In this document: in pieces, positions 47,572-58,500 of the stretch
Layout of the letters: each line of letters begins with the position of its first letter
How positions within the stretch are numbered: the first letter of the stretch is position 1
From: an uncultured Syntrophobacteraceae bacterium
GTDB lineage: Bacteria; Desulfobacterota; Binatia; UBA9968
Assembly: GCA_964410485.1 (NCBI GenBank)
Contig: CAYPHJ010000009.1
Span: forward strand, 1,106 to 65,105
Direction: 5' to 3'
DNA length: 64,000 nt
Made by a program: the position numbers and the translations under genes
The notes under the pieces: generated by a model
The model's input: the letters and a program-made list of their open reading frames with translations, nothing else
Told to the model about the DNA's origin: nothing
Database searches by the model: none

Positions 47572-48822
47572 ATGCCAAGCGCGGAAATTGTTGCAATTGG
47601 GTCCGAGTTACTCTTGGGTCAGATTGTCGACACCAATTCGGCCTGGATGGCCCAGCGGCTGACGGCATTGGGCGTGGATCTATTTTTCAAGTCGGTTGTG
47701 GGAGACAACCCCGGGCGCATGCGAGAGGTGATCGGGCGGGCGCTGGAGCGCTCCGATATCGTGATCACAAGTGGAGGGCTGGGTCCAACGCAGGACGATT
47801 TGACGCGCGAAATCGTTGCTGAGGTGACGGGTCGAAAACTCGTGTTTGATGAAAATCTACTGGAACAGGTAGAGGAGCATTTCCGTCGGCGGAGCCGCAC
47901 CATGACGCCGAACAACCGGCGGCAGGCCTATATTCCCGAAGGAGCCATTCCGGTGAAGAATCCGAACGGGACGGCGCCTTGTTTTATCGTGGAAGATCCT
48001 CGCGGAGTCATCGTTTCACTGCCCGGTGTTCCGGTGGAGCTCAAATGGCTTTTCGAATACGAAGTGGAGCCCTATCTCAGGCGGAAATTCTCCCTTGCCG
48101 AGGTCATTCACTACAGGGTGTTGAAGATCGTCGGCGTGGGCGAGAGCGCAGTGGATGACAAAATCGGTCATTTGATTGCGACTTCCAGTAACCCCACAGT
48201 GGGGGTACTCGCGTTGCCCGGACAGGTGGATGTGCGGATTGCAGCGAAAGCTAGCAGCAGAGATGAGGCGATGCGGCTCATCGCCCCGCTCGAAGTCGAA
48301 GTCCGAAGCTTGCTAGGCAAAGCGATTTTTGCCGCGGACGGAGAAACGATGGAAGATGTGGTGGGCAGATTGCTCCGCGACAAGAATAAGTCGGTGGCCG
48401 TATATGAGGATCTGACTTGTGGTCTTCTGGCGGAAAGAGTTCAATCCGCGAGCGCGGATAGCTTCGTGGCCGGGTTTATCGCTACCGGCCGACCATCAAT
48501 CCGGGCGCTATTAAATCAGGCACGCGAGCCGGCGCGATTGGATGCGATTACTGAAGATCCTCTTGCCTTGACGGATCAGTTAGCCTGGTCGGTACGCCGT
48601 CAGGCCGGAAGCGACTTCGGCCTGGCTCTCCATGCAGTGGCCGACCCGAACAGTAAGCTCGAAAACATGGCGCAGGGGCACACCTATGTTTCTCTAACCG
48701 ATGGCGAGAAATTCATGCAACGCACGAGTTCTATGGCTGGCCGCGGCCAGTACGATCGAAGCCGAATGACGCTCAACGCGCTCGATCTCCTGCGCGTCGC
48801 GCTGTTGGAAGATGTCGGGTAA
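47572..48822 (+). CDS. cinA: CinA-family competence/damage-inducible protein (NMN amidohydrolase type)
   Basis: N-terminal MoCF-type domain (AEIVAIGSELLLGQIVDTNSAWMAQRL, ITSGGLGPTQDDLT) plus a C-terminal CinA domain. 416 aa. Confidence 0.9.
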   Translation: MPSAEIVAIGSELLLGQIVDTNSAWMAQRLTALGVDLFFKSVVGDNPGRMREVIGRALERSDIVITSGGLGPTQDDLTREIVAEVTGRKLVFDENLLEQVEEHFRRRSRTMTPNNRRQAYIPEGAIPVKNPNGTAPCFIVEDPRGVIVSLPGVPVELKWLFEYEVEPYLRRKFSLAEVIHYRVLKIVGVGESAVDDKIGHLIATSSNPTVGVLALPGQVDVRIAAKASSRDEAMRLIAPLEVEVRSLLGKAIFAADGETMEDVVGRLLRDKNKSVAVYEDLTCGLLAERVQSASADSFVAGFIATGRPSIRALLNQAREPARLDAITEDPLALTDQLAWSVRRQAGSDFGLALHAVADPNSKLENMAQGHTYVSLTDGEKFMQRTSSMAGRGQYDRSRMTLNALDLLRVALLEDVG

Positions 48823-48946
48823 ATCTCGATTCAACAGAGCAGGCTAACCTCACGGAAGCCAGGAAAGGCCGGACCGACATAAGACATTTCAACCGCAGAG
48901 AACGCAGCGATTACAGAAAACGGGCAGATCACCAATGATCGGTTAT

Positions 48947-50743
48947 CTATGGCCGTAGAACTGTGGGAAGAAGATTCTCCAGGCGGTTCAGGGGTTCTTC
49001 CAGGCTTTGAATTCCCTCGATCCAAAACTCCGGCTGCTCTAGATCGCGACCGAGCGTGCGCTTAACCACATTCTCGGCCGTATCGCTGCCAGCGAGGCGG
49101 AGGAACTCTTCATATTTGGGCAAGAAGCCTGGCCCCTCCTTTTTAAACATCGCGAAAAGGCCACGGCTCAAGAGAAAACCGAAGGTATAGGGGAAATTAT
49201 AGAAAGTTAGACCGGTGATGTAGAAATGCAATTTGGAAGCCCAGAAGTAAGGATCTTCGCCGCCGCGCGCCAGCACATCGCCAAAAATGCGACGTTGCGT
49301 CTCGACCATTAAGTCTTTGAACCGGCTAACGGTCAACTCACCTTTGTGCCGCTCCTCGTAAAAAAGCTTCTCGAACTCAAACCGGACCGGAATATCCAGG
49401 AGGTAAATCGCACCGTGACCGACTTCGACATCGAGCATCAGGGCGCGCTGGGCATCGCTGGTGGAAGGATCTGCGGAGAGTCCGTTCATCAGGACCTGTT
49501 CGCCGAAGGTCGAGGCAGTTTCGGCCAGCGTCATCGGATAAATGCGCCCATAAGGCCGCACCTCCCGCATGAGATAGCCATGAAAGGCGTGACCCGTTTC
49601 GTGGGCGAGGGTAAGAACATCGCCCAATGCTTCGTTATATGTCATGAATATTCGGGATTCCTTGCTGAGCATCGAGCCTGTGCAAAACCCTCCCGGCCGT
49701 TTGCCGGAGCGCGGCTCCCAGTCAATCCAGTTTTGATCGACAACCGTTTGAAAGAAGTTGCCGAGAGCCGGGTAACAACGATCGAAGGCATTTTTGACGA
49801 GAGTCCTGCCTTGTTCCCATGAGAGGGAAGCTTGATCCGCCGGGTTCAGCGGCGCACCGAGATCGTACCAATGGACGGAACTGTCGCCGATGAGCTTCGC
49901 TTTCAGCTGCAGAATGCGCCGCGGTATGGCCAGATTTGCAAACAGCGCCTCGAACATGGCATCCAGAGTTTTGCGCGAAATGGCCGCTTGAAATAGGGCG
50001 ATATCGAGGAAGTGCTCTATGCCGCGGTGGTGGTTCAGCGTCAAACGCGTGCCGGCAATGGCATTGAGCGCCGCGGCGGCGACATTTTCGAGCTGTTGCC
50101 ACGCGCCATTACCGCCGTCGAAAGCAGCCTTTCTCACGCGCCGGTCTGGCTGCTCCATCAGCGAGCGACGCTGAGAGATGGGCAGACGCTCGCAGTGTCC
50201 GTCCGGAAAGACCATGTTAAACTCGAGCTTGGCGGAAAGGGTGTCGTAGAGGCGGCCCCACGCCTGAACCCCGTCCACCCCAAGGTCGGCCGCCAGGATT
50301 TCTTTGTCCGCAGGCATGGCTCGCCGTGCCTCCTCACGCAGCCGTTTAAGATAGTTACCGGCGCCTGAAAGGGCGGGCCTGGCGAGAAGAGAAGAGAAGG
50401 CTTCATCACGCGCAACCTTGATCGCGCGCAGCAGTTCAATTCTTACTTTGGCGAGCTCGGCGCGCAGCTGAGCCAGCGCAGCCTCCTCTTTCAGGTAGTC
50501 TTCATTACACGCGTTCGCGGCGGCAAGACATCCGACGTAAGAGCTAAGGTGTGACATACGTCGCACGAGATCTTCATTGCGTGCGAGCACTTCTTCCCAG
50601 GCGGCGAGCGTGCCGGTATCGAGCGGGCCAAGAGCGGCTGATGTTTCTCGTAGCGAGGAGATATCGCTGCGGAGCTTTTCCTTGAACCGGAGCATCTCCG
50701 GTCCATTGAAGCCAGGAAAATAACTGGTCAGATCCCAGGTCAT
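48947..50743 (-). CDS. pepF: M3B oligoendopeptidase F family metallopeptidase
   Basis: 598 aa. The zinc motif HETGHAFH lies in the expected C-terminal half, and the architecture is PepF-like helical. Confidence 0.85.
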   Translation of the reverse strand: MTWDLTSYFPGFNGPEMLRFKEKLRSDISSLRETSAALGPLDTGTLAAWEEVLARNEDLVRRMSHLSSYVGCLAAANACNEDYLKEEAALAQLRAELAKVRIELLRAIKVARDEAFSSLLARPALSGAGNYLKRLREEARRAMPADKEILAADLGVDGVQAWGRLYDTLSAKLEFNMVFPDGHCERLPISQRRSLMEQPDRRVRKAAFDGGNGAWQQLENVAAAALNAIAGTRLTLNHHRGIEHFLDIALFQAAISRKTLDAMFEALFANLAIPRRILQLKAKLIGDSSVHWYDLGAPLNPADQASLSWEQGRTLVKNAFDRCYPALGNFFQTVVDQNWIDWEPRSGKRPGGFCTGSMLSKESRIFMTYNEALGDVLTLAHETGHAFHGYLMREVRPYGRIYPMTLAETASTFGEQVLMNGLSADPSTSDAQRALMLDVEVGHGAIYLLDIPVRFEFEKLFYEERHKGELTVSRFKDLMVETQRRIFGDVLARGGEDPYFWASKLHFYITGLTFYNFPYTFGFLLSRGLFAMFKKEGPGFLPKYEEFLRLAGSDTAENVVKRTLGRDLEQPEFWIEGIQSLEEPLNRLENLLPTVLRP

Positions 50744-50797
50744 GACTCTGCTGACCGCGCCAAGAGCGCCAAGCCCCCAACGTGACGGGTCAAAGCC

Positions 50798-50945
50798 GTT
50801 TATCCCGAGCGAATGCGCGGAATCTGGAAAAGATTTCTCCCTTCGGTCGAAATGACAAGCCGTGCTATCCCGAACGGAGTGAGGGATCTTGAATCCTTGG
50901 CATGCTCTGCGCTCTTTGCGCGAAATACCCTACGGTCTTAATGCG
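50798..50945. repeat. Palindromic intergenic element, degenerate tandem copies (C)
   Basis: The left arm is GTTTATCCCGAGCGAATGCGCGGAATCTGG. The reverse complement of the right arm is GTCATTTCGACCGAAGGGAGAAATCT (ending at 50856). A second arm pair follows: CTATCCCGAACGGAGTGAGGGATCTT ... ATACCCTACGGTCTTAATGC. Confidence 0.55.
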
Positions 50946-50967
50946 GTTTCCTTCATTCCAATTTCTT

Positions 50968-51945
50968 CTAAATGTCAACTTTTGTGCCGGTGCCTTGCTC
51001 GAGTGCCTTGCGGTAAACGAGGTCGGCAGCGGCCACATCCTGGATCGCGATACCGACCGACTTGTACAGCGTGATTTCGCTGGCGCCGGTGCGCCCGGCT
51101 TTCGCGCCAGCCAGGATCTCGCCGATCTCGCCATAGATATCAGCTTCGCTGATCATCTTTTCCGTGATTGCAAGTAGGATGTCGCCACATTCGGCCATGA
51201 TCGCTGCGCGCGAATCAACGACAATCATGGCGCGCTGGAGCGTCGCGCCGTCGAGTTCCCTCATATCCGGCCGATGCGAACCAACGGCGTTGATGTGGGC
51301 GCCGCGCTTCAACCAATCCGCCCGCAGGACGGGCTCCCTGGAGGTGGTTACGGTCACCACTATGTCTGCGTCGCGAACCGCCATTTCCGCACTCGCGGCC
51401 ACGTCGATCGGAGCTCTCACTCTGGGCTCCATGTCTCTTTTGATGTTTGCCGCGCTCGTGCCGGAGGGGCTATAGATTTGGATCCTGTGAATATTGCGTA
51501 TCCGGCACAATGCCTCGACATGCGCCCTTGCCTGAACACCCGCGCCGAGAATTGCCAGAACGCCGGCGTCCGAATTGGCCAGTCGTTGCGTCGCCATGGC
51601 GGAGGCGCAAGCAGTTCGAATGGCAGTGATGTAGCTGCCTTCCATGACGGCAATGATCCTGCCGGTGTCGGCGCTGAACAACATGATCGACGCGAGAATG
51701 GCCGGCAGATTTTGTTTTGGATTGTTCTGGAAAAACGTGACGACCTTCATGCCGAGGGCATTATTTTGCTCTAAGTAACCAGGCATGCTCGTGATGCGCC
51801 CTTGAATTCGCGGCAGTGGCACGACCTGCCGTACCGGCATCACTGCTTTTCCAGTGGAGTATTGAATGTGAGCCTTTTCTAGCGCGGCGACAAGCTCGGA
51901 AATCTCGATGTGCTCACGGACATCGGTTTCGGATAGAACCAGCAT
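50968..51945 (-). CDS. Ornithine cyclodeaminase / mu-crystallin family protein
   Basis: 325 aa. Rossmann block [17 protein letters not shown] and the family pattern [14 protein letters not shown]. Confidence 0.85.
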   Translation of the reverse strand: MLVLSETDVREHIEISELVAALEKAHIQYSTGKAVMPVRQVVPLPRIQGRITSMPGYLEQNNALGMKVVTFFQNNPKQNLPAILASIMLFSADTGRIIAVMEGSYITAIRTACASAMATQRLANSDAGVLAILGAGVQARAHVEALCRIRNIHRIQIYSPSGTSAANIKRDMEPRVRAPIDVAASAEMAVRDADIVVTVTTSREPVLRADWLKRGAHINAVGSHRPDMRELDGATLQRAMIVVDSRAAIMAECGDILLAITEKMISEADIYGEIGEILAGAKAGRTGASEITLYKSVGIAIQDVAAADLVYRKALEQGTGTKVDI

Positions 51946-52099
51946 ATTCGAAGCATTATCACAAAGTGTAACACAATGAACACCTTAAAAAGTCTCCCTC
52001 TTGCTAAAGAGGGGTATCGAGCTAAATTCAGTGGCAAGGCGTCCGATTTACGGTTGGTCATCCGGAACTGCAAAGTAGAGAAACACAGGGAGACAAGAA

Positions 52100-53626
52100 A
52101 TGGTTGAAAATAGTATTGCGGATGTTGGTTTGGTGGGTTTGGCTGTCATGGGTCAAAACCTTGCTTTGAACATGGCAGATCATCGATTCAAGGTGGCTGT
52201 CTTTAACCGGACGATACCCGTGATGAAAGAGTTTGTCGCTACGCATCCTGACACGCCTGGTGGTCTCATTGGCTGCCAGACGTTGCGTGAGCTCCTCGCT
52301 GCAGTGAAAAAACCACGCAGGATTGTTATCCTTGTTCAAGCCGGCGCTGCCGTCGATGCGGTGACCAAGCAACTCATCGAAGCTGGGCTGGACAAAGATG
52401 ATCTGGTCGTGGATTGCGGCAACAGCCAGTGGACCGATACGATTCGCCGCGAAGGAGAGTATTCCACTCGATGCCGCTTTTTCGGCTCGGGCGTTTCCGG
52501 TGGTGAGTTGGGCGCCCGTTTCGGTCCATCGCTCATGGCAGGTGGAGACGCGCGTGCCTGGCAATACCTGGAGCCGATCTGGAACGCCATCGCCGCCAAA
52601 GTCGACGAGAAGACGGGCAAACCAATCGAAAACGCCACCCCGGCAAAGCCGGTCGAAGGGGGAGTGCCTTGTGCGGCCTATATCGGTGAGAACGGAGCGG
52701 GCCATTATGTGAAGATGATCCATAACGGCATCGAATATATTGACATGCAGCTTATCGGTGAAGCTTATTTTTTGCTGCGTGATCTGTTGCATCTTGGACC
52801 CGGCGAGCTGTCGGGGATTTTCGATGGGTGGAACGAAGGCGATCTGGACTCTTATCTGATTCAGATCACGGCAGACATTTTGAAGCAACGCGATCCGCGC
52901 AACTCGGAGGAGTTCCTCGTCGATCATATTCTCGACAGCGCTCAGCAAAAAGGAACGGGCAAGTGGACGAGCATCAATGCTCTCGATTTGGGAATACCCG
53001 CGAACTCGATTGCGGAGGCGGTTTTCGCGCGCTGCCTTAGCGCTCTCAAATCAGAGCGGGTGGCGGCCTCGAAACAGCTTACCGGGCCTGAGTATCAATA
53101 CGGCGGCGATCATAATGAACTCATCAGAGCTGTTCATGATGCGTTGTACTGCTCGAAAATCTGTGCCTACGCGCAAGGATTTCAGCTGATGCTGGCTGCC
53201 GAAACAGAGTATGGCTGGGAACTCGATTTCGGCACGATTGCCGGTATCTGGCGCGGCGGCTGCATCATCCGGGCGCGCTTTCTCCAAAAAATCATGGATG
53301 CCTACGCAAGCGATGCTAATCTTGCCAATCTACTACTAGACCCGTATTTCAAGGAGCAAATTCATAAAAACCAGGCGCATTGGCGTCAGGTGGCCGCGCT
53401 CGCGGCGCAAGCCGGTATTGCGGCTCCGGCCTTCATGTCGGCGCTGGCATATTACGATGGCTACCGCGCCGTTCGGCTGCCAGCGAACCTGTTGCAGGCG
53501 CAGCGCGATTATTTTGGCGCGCACACTTACGAGCGCACCGATGAAGACCGCGGCGTTGCTTTCCATCTGGAATGGGCGAAACCGGATCGATCCGAACGAC
53601 GGGTCGCGAAAGCTGCTGTCAAGTGA
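52100..53626 (+). CDS. gnd: 6-phosphogluconate dehydrogenase (decarboxylating)
   Basis: [43 protein letters not shown] and [12 protein letters not shown]. It has a roughly 25-aa C-terminal extension. Confidence 0.95.
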   Translation: MVENSIADVGLVGLAVMGQNLALNMADHRFKVAVFNRTIPVMKEFVATHPDTPGGLIGCQTLRELLAAVKKPRRIVILVQAGAAVDAVTKQLIEAGLDKDDLVVDCGNSQWTDTIRREGEYSTRCRFFGSGVSGGELGARFGPSLMAGGDARAWQYLEPIWNAIAAKVDEKTGKPIENATPAKPVEGGVPCAAYIGENGAGHYVKMIHNGIEYIDMQLIGEAYFLLRDLLHLGPGELSGIFDGWNEGDLDSYLIQITADILKQRDPRNSEEFLVDHILDSAQQKGTGKWTSINALDLGIPANSIAEAVFARCLSALKSERVAASKQLTGPEYQYGGDHNELIRAVHDALYCSKICAYAQGFQLMLAAETEYGWELDFGTIAGIWRGGCIIRARFLQKIMDAYASDANLANLLLDPYFKEQIHKNQAHWRQVAALAAQAGIAAPAFMSALAYYDGYRAVRLPANLLQAQRDYFGAHTYERTDEDRGVAFHLEWAKPDRSERRVAKAAVK

Positions 53627-53639
53627 GGAGATGGGCTCT

Positions 53640-53888
53640 ATGGCGGAGCGAAATGAGTTTTGGGACAACGTTAGAAACCTGAAAAAATCCGCAACAGACA
53701 AGAAAATAGCGGGCGTTTGCGGAGGCTTGGGAGAACATACTCCAGTGCCCGCCTGGCTGTGGCGGGCACTCTTTTTGATCTTGATCTTTGCTGGAGGGAC
53801 GGGGATTATCGCGTACGTCGTCCTTTGGATCTGTATGCCGGCGCCAGAGACTCAGCAAAGACCCGAAGCCGCAGACCGGGATGTTTAG
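53640..53888 (+). CDS. PspC-domain membrane protein
   Basis: KKIAGVCGGLGEHTPVPAWLWRALFLILIF...YVVLWICMP is the PspC domain pattern. ATG 53640 lies 9 nt after GGAG. The track ORF 53418-53888 extends spuriously into gnd. Confidence 0.75.
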   Translation: MAERNEFWDNVRNLKKSATDKKIAGVCGGLGEHTPVPAWLWRALFLILIFAGGTGIIAYVVLWICMPAPETQQRPEAADRDV

Positions 53889-53940
53889 CGGGTCGCCGGG
53901 CTCGCAAGTGGACTCCCGCAATAAGAGATTTACTTTAGCT

Positions 53941-54108
53941 ATGGAGTACGATCCGATCAAAGGAAAAGTTCGAGACGAAAGCTCGACTGTGCCGTGTCCC
54001 TGTAAACACCCCAGTCACGGGCCGGACGGTTGCGGCAAACTGATGGATGCGGACGCGCAACAATGCCCGGCTTGCGAAGATCACGTCCCCTACACGGATA
54101 TCGCTTAG
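53941..54108 (+). CDS. Possible small Cys-rich protein (55 aa)
   Basis: MEYDPIKGKVRDESSTVPCPCKHPSHGPDGCGKLMDADAQQCPACEDHV has CxC...C...CxxC spacing like a zinc-binding knuckle. There is no convincing SD. The ORF is short. Confidence 0.3.
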   Translation: MEYDPIKGKVRDESSTVPCPCKHPSHGPDGCGKLMDADAQQCPACEDHVPYTDIA

Positions 54109-54116
54109 AGCCGTGT

Positions 54117-54344
54117 TCAAGCGTTTGAACGAACGGACTCAATCCCGCTTATTTTTAGCAGCGATCTAATGGTGTTATATTGAAGCCTTGCGGCTTTTCG
54201 AAGCGAGATGGTGACCTGACTTATTTCTCGCCGGCCAGATGGTAAATCCGTGCCCGTCTCTAATAGACGGGGGCAGATTTTTCCGATCAATCGCTGCTTA
54301 GCAATAGTGTCTTTCAGCGTCTCTCCCCACGCGGGTGAACGCAA
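54117..54344 (-). CDS. Possible small Fis-type HTH protein, or a remnant of one
   Basis: The C-terminal LRKAARLQYNTIRSLLKISGI resembles the HTH_8 (Fis/NtrC C-terminal) motif AA-LGI-R-TL-RKLK-YGI. Only a TTG start (54344) without an SD is available. The longer track ORF runs antisense into the adaptor gene. Confidence 0.25.
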   Translation of the reverse strand: MRSPAWGETLKDTIAKQRLIGKICPRLLETGTDLPSGRREISQVTISLRKAARLQYNTIRSLLKISGIESVRSNA

Positions 54345-54396
54345 AAGTTCTGGTATATTAATTTGAGCAGCCCTGCTGACTCTCGAAGCGTTGCGA

Positions 54397-55548
54397 ATGG
54401 ATAGAACAGAAGATCTGGCCCCAATCAATGGGCCTAAGCGCCACTTACGCTCGCGCTGGTTATTCGTGCTTGTGCTCGTCGCCCTTGTGGTGGTTGTACT
54501 CCTTGTGCTGGCGCGCTGGGAGCGCGGCGCGCCCGAACCCGCCCGCCAGGGGCCCCAGCCGGTCGCCGTGCAAACTACGACAGTGCGCGGTGAGACGCTC
54601 GCGGAGAGGGTGCGGGGCATAGGTACGTTGCGGGCCTCCAATATGGTGGTCGTCAGACCGGAGATTGCCGGAGTCGTTCGGACGATTGGCTTTGTCGAGG
54701 GGACCGCGGTTAAACAGGGTCAGGTGTTGTTCGAGCTGGATGAAGAAACATTGGTAAGACAACTGGCGTCGCGACGGGCCGCTCTGCGAGCGGCCGAAGC
54801 GAGCCTGGAGGACACAAAACGTACGCTAGATCGCCAGCAGCAGCTTTGGGATCGAGAACTCATCGCCCGGGCTGAGCTCGACCAGGCCCGCACTGACTTG
54901 GAGTTGAGACATGCGGAGGTCGATCGGCTCCGCGCGGAATTGGCAGTGGTGGAGTCGCAGCGGCGCGAGACGCGGGTCAGAGCACCGTTCGCAGGTGTCA
55001 TCTCGGAACGCCGGGTCGATATAGGCGCTTACGTTACATCGGGCCAGGAACTCGCTACTGTATATCAAATGGAGCCCTTGGAACTGGAGTTCTATTTATC
55101 GGAGCGCCATCTCGGACAGCTCCGCCAGGGCCAGGAGGTTGTGGTCACGATCGCAGCGTATCCCGACCGGCCGTTTCGGGGTCGAGTCGATTTCGTTGCC
55201 CCCGCGGTGCGTGAAGCGACGCGTGACTTCCTGGTGAAGGCCACCATTCCAAATTCCGATGGTCTGCTCAAGCCGGGCGCGTTTGCAACTGCGCTGGTGA
55301 CGGTGGATGTCCGAGAAGCGCGGCCGGTCGTCCCCGAGGAAGCGCTGGTTGCCACGCGGCTTGGTTATCTTGTTTTTATCGTTGAGGAGGGCAGTGCGCG
55401 CGCGCGCGAAGTGCGCGTCGGATTGCGCCAGGACGGCATGGTGGAAATCGTTGAAGGGCTTCAGATCGGCGATCGTGTGGTACGCTCCGGCCATCTACGT
55501 CTAAGCGGTGGAGAAGCGGTTCGAGAGATGGAGGGCGGTCAGCCATGA
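54397..55548 (+). CDS. RND efflux periplasmic adaptor (membrane fusion protein)
   Basis: N-terminal TM anchor, lipoyl-like and coiled-coil hairpin (LRAAEASLEDTKRTL...RAELAVVESQRRETRVRAPFAGVI) and a beta-barrel region. The start is ATG 54397 or TTG 54391. Confidence 0.9.
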   Translation: MDRTEDLAPINGPKRHLRSRWLFVLVLVALVVVVLLVLARWERGAPEPARQGPQPVAVQTTTVRGETLAERVRGIGTLRASNMVVVRPEIAGVVRTIGFVEGTAVKQGQVLFELDEETLVRQLASRRAALRAAEASLEDTKRTLDRQQQLWDRELIARAELDQARTDLELRHAEVDRLRAELAVVESQRRETRVRAPFAGVISERRVDIGAYVTSGQELATVYQMEPLELEFYLSERHLGQLRQGQEVVVTIAAYPDRPFRGRVDFVAPAVREATRDFLVKATIPNSDGLLKPGAFATALVTVDVREARPVVPEEALVATRLGYLVFIVEEGSARAREVRVGLRQDGMVEIVEGLQIGDRVVRSGHLRLSGGEAVREMEGGQP

Positions 55549-58500
55549 TCTGGAACTTTTGCATCCGCCGTCCGGTACTCACGATCGTGATGTTCGTGGT
55601 GCTCGGCATTTTCGGCATTTATGGGTTCTTACAGATGCCTGTTCAGGAAAACCCGGACGTCGACTTCCCCATCGTCAGCGTGAACGTGGTACTTCCAGGG
55701 GCCGCTCCTGCCGTGGTGGAGTTGGAGATCATTGAGCCGCTCGAAGCAGAAATCAACACCATCGAGGGGCTGCGCCGGCTGACGTCATCCGCGCGCCAGG
55801 AGGTCGCTACCATCGTCGCTGAGTTTGAGTTGTGGCGTAATATCGATCTGGCGACCCAAGACGTGCGCGACGCCGTCGAGCGCGCCCGGCGGCTTCTGCC
55901 CCAGGATGCTGAATCTCCAATTGTTCGGAAGCTGGAGCCGGACGCGCAGCCGATCATGTGGATTGCACTGACGGGTGACGAGCGCTGGGACGACGTGCGT
56001 CTCACGGACTACGCGGAAAATGTACTCCGGCAGCAACTCGAAACGGTGCGCGGGGTGGGGCAGATCCGGATTGGCGGGCGGCGCCTGTATGCGGTCCGCG
56101 TGCGCCTCGATATGGAACGGCTGGCCGCCTATCAGCTCACGGTCCACGACGTCGTGCGGACCATCCAGCAGAGTAATGTGGATATTCCCGCCGGCCGCGT
56201 GGAAGGAGCGCGACGCGAGTTCACTATCCAGACGCGCGGACGATTCGCCAACGCCGCGCCGTTCAACGATCTCATCGTCGCGCACCGTGACGGCGGGCCG
56301 GTAAGGTTGGCGGACGTGGGAAAAGCGGTCGATGACGTCCGCGACGATCGCCAGGTCGCCAGATTTCACGGCGAGACGGCGGTCGGGCTGGGTGTCGTGA
56401 GGCAGGCCGACGCCAATGTAGTGGACCTAACGCGCACTCTGCGCAACCGGCTGGCGGCGATCGCAGGCGCTTTTCCGCCGGGGCTCACCTACCACATCAG
56501 CACGGACGCGTCGGAATATGTTCAGGAGAATATCGACGATCTGCTGCTTACCCTGGTTCTGGCCACGCTCCTGGTACTGCTGGTGGTTCTGGCGTTCCTG
56601 CGTAGCGCGCGCGGTACGCTCGTGACAATGACGGCCATCCCGACGTCGCTCCTGATCGGCTTGGCCTTGATGCATGTGCTCGGGTTTAGCATCAATGTGC
56701 TGACGATGCTGGCTTTGATTCTGGTCATTGGCATCGTCATTGACGATGCGATCGTTGTTCTCGAGCGCTCCTATCTCCACTTGGAACAAGGGGCGGAGCG
56801 AGAGCCGGCCGCCAGGGTCGGCGCCACCGAGATGGCCTTCCCGGCCATTGCCAATACCCTCGCTCTAGCCGCCGTGTTCATCCCGGTCGCTTTTGCCGGT
56901 GGCATGGTGGGGCGATTTTTCCTCGAGTTCGGCATTACCGTAGCGGCCACCGTCTTCGCCTCTACTCTGGTGGCCCTGACGCTTACACCCATGCTCTGCT
57001 CCCGTGTACTTCGCCTGCCGGAGCGCCGCGGCCGGCTTTTCCAGTCATCTGAGCGTGCGTGGCAACAGATTGAAAGCGCTTATGCCAGCGTTCTCGACGC
57101 AGCGTTTCGCCATCGCGGGCTCACCGTGCTTATCGGCGCGATCGCCTTCGGCTTCGGCCTGCTTGCGCTCGCCAACATTCCCGGTGAGTTCGCGGGCCAG
57201 GAGGACCGCTCGAGTTTTATGTTGATCTTCGAAACTCCGCAGGGCGCTACGTTCAGAGAGACCGATCGCCTGGCGCGGCAGATCGAGACCGTGTTAGCCA
57301 ATACACCCGAGGTTCGCCACCAGTTCCTTGCGATTGGCTTGGCCCAGGCTGGGCCGGGAGAGCCTAACCGGGGTTTGGCATTTGTTCGATTAACGCCGTG
57401 GCAGGAGCGCGACCGCCACCAGATCGACATCATGCAAGCGCTGCGTCAACGTTTTGATGAGATTCCCGATGGGCGGGTGTTTGTCACTGCGCTGACTCCC
57501 GGTGGGTTCGGCGGCGCGCCGGTCGAGGTCGTGCTGAAGCACCCCAGCATCGACGAGCTGGCCCGGCAGCAGGAGGCGGTGATGGCGTGGATGCGAGCGC
57601 AGCCGCAATGGTATGTGGGTGTCCGGACCAACCTGGAATTAAATGCGCCCCAGGTGGAGTTGACTCTCCATCGCGATAAGGCGGCCGAAATGGGCATTTC
57701 TCTCGCCGAGATTTCCACTGGCTTGCAGTTTTTATTCGGTACACCGGCAATCTCCAAGGTGGAGCAAGCCGCTAATCGCTACGATGTCATTACCGATGTG
57801 GTGGGTCGCGGACGGCTCACACCGGCCGCGCTGCGCGACTTTTATCTGCGCACCGCCACAGGAGAGCTGGTGGCGCTGGAAACACTGGCTTCGGTCGAAG
57901 AGACGATTGGTCCGAGCGCGATCCACCGCTTCAACCGCATACGTTCCGCCACAATTTCCGCCAACACCCCGCCCGGCATCGTGCTTGGCGATGCCGTGGC
58001 ACGGCTCGAAGATCATCTCCGGCAAACGCTGCCGCCCGGTATGGACTACGAGCTGGCGGGACAGGCACAACTGTTTGAGGAAGCCTTTTATAACCTGACC
58101 ATCGTGCTCGTGTTCTCGGTTGTGTTCATCTATCTTGTGCTCGCCGCGCAATTTGAATCTATCCTGTACCCGTTCACCATCATGACGGCGCTGCCGTTGG
58201 CGACCGTCGGTGCCTTCGGCTCAATGTGGGCACTGGGCTTGCCTTTAAACGTGTTCGCCTTTATCGGCATTATCATGCTGCTTGGTTTGGTGACCAAGAA
58301 CGCGATTCTGTTGATCGACTATGCCAACGTTTTGGTCGCTCGCGGACGCACGCCGATGGAAGCAGCCCAGGAAGCCGGCCGTACGCGCTTTCGCCCCGTG
58401 TTAATGACGGCGATCTCAACGGTCTTGGGCATCACGCCGATTGCTTTGGGATTGGGTGCCGGCGGTGAGGCGCGCATGCCTCTCGGTGTAGCCGTAGCGA

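Noticed and set aside
52058-52948. A 296-aa ORF antisense to gnd. Similar long antisense or alternative-frame ORFs include 27020-27772, 18278-18991, 37060-37803, 3441-4259, 33595-34344, 61583-62194, 42460-43143, 8546-9343 and 19559-20161.
   Set aside because: All are embedded in genes with strong family motifs. They have Arg/Gly/Ser/Pro/Cys-rich compositions typical of out-of-frame translation of GC-rich DNA, and they lack SD sequences. I treat them as shadow ORFs.
54117-54641. The full 174-aa track ORF as a real regulator gene.
   Set aside because: Its N-terminal 90 or so residues run antisense through the RND adaptor start and are Arg/Ser/Thr-rich shadow sequence. Only the C-terminal 75 aa or so show an HTH-like motif.
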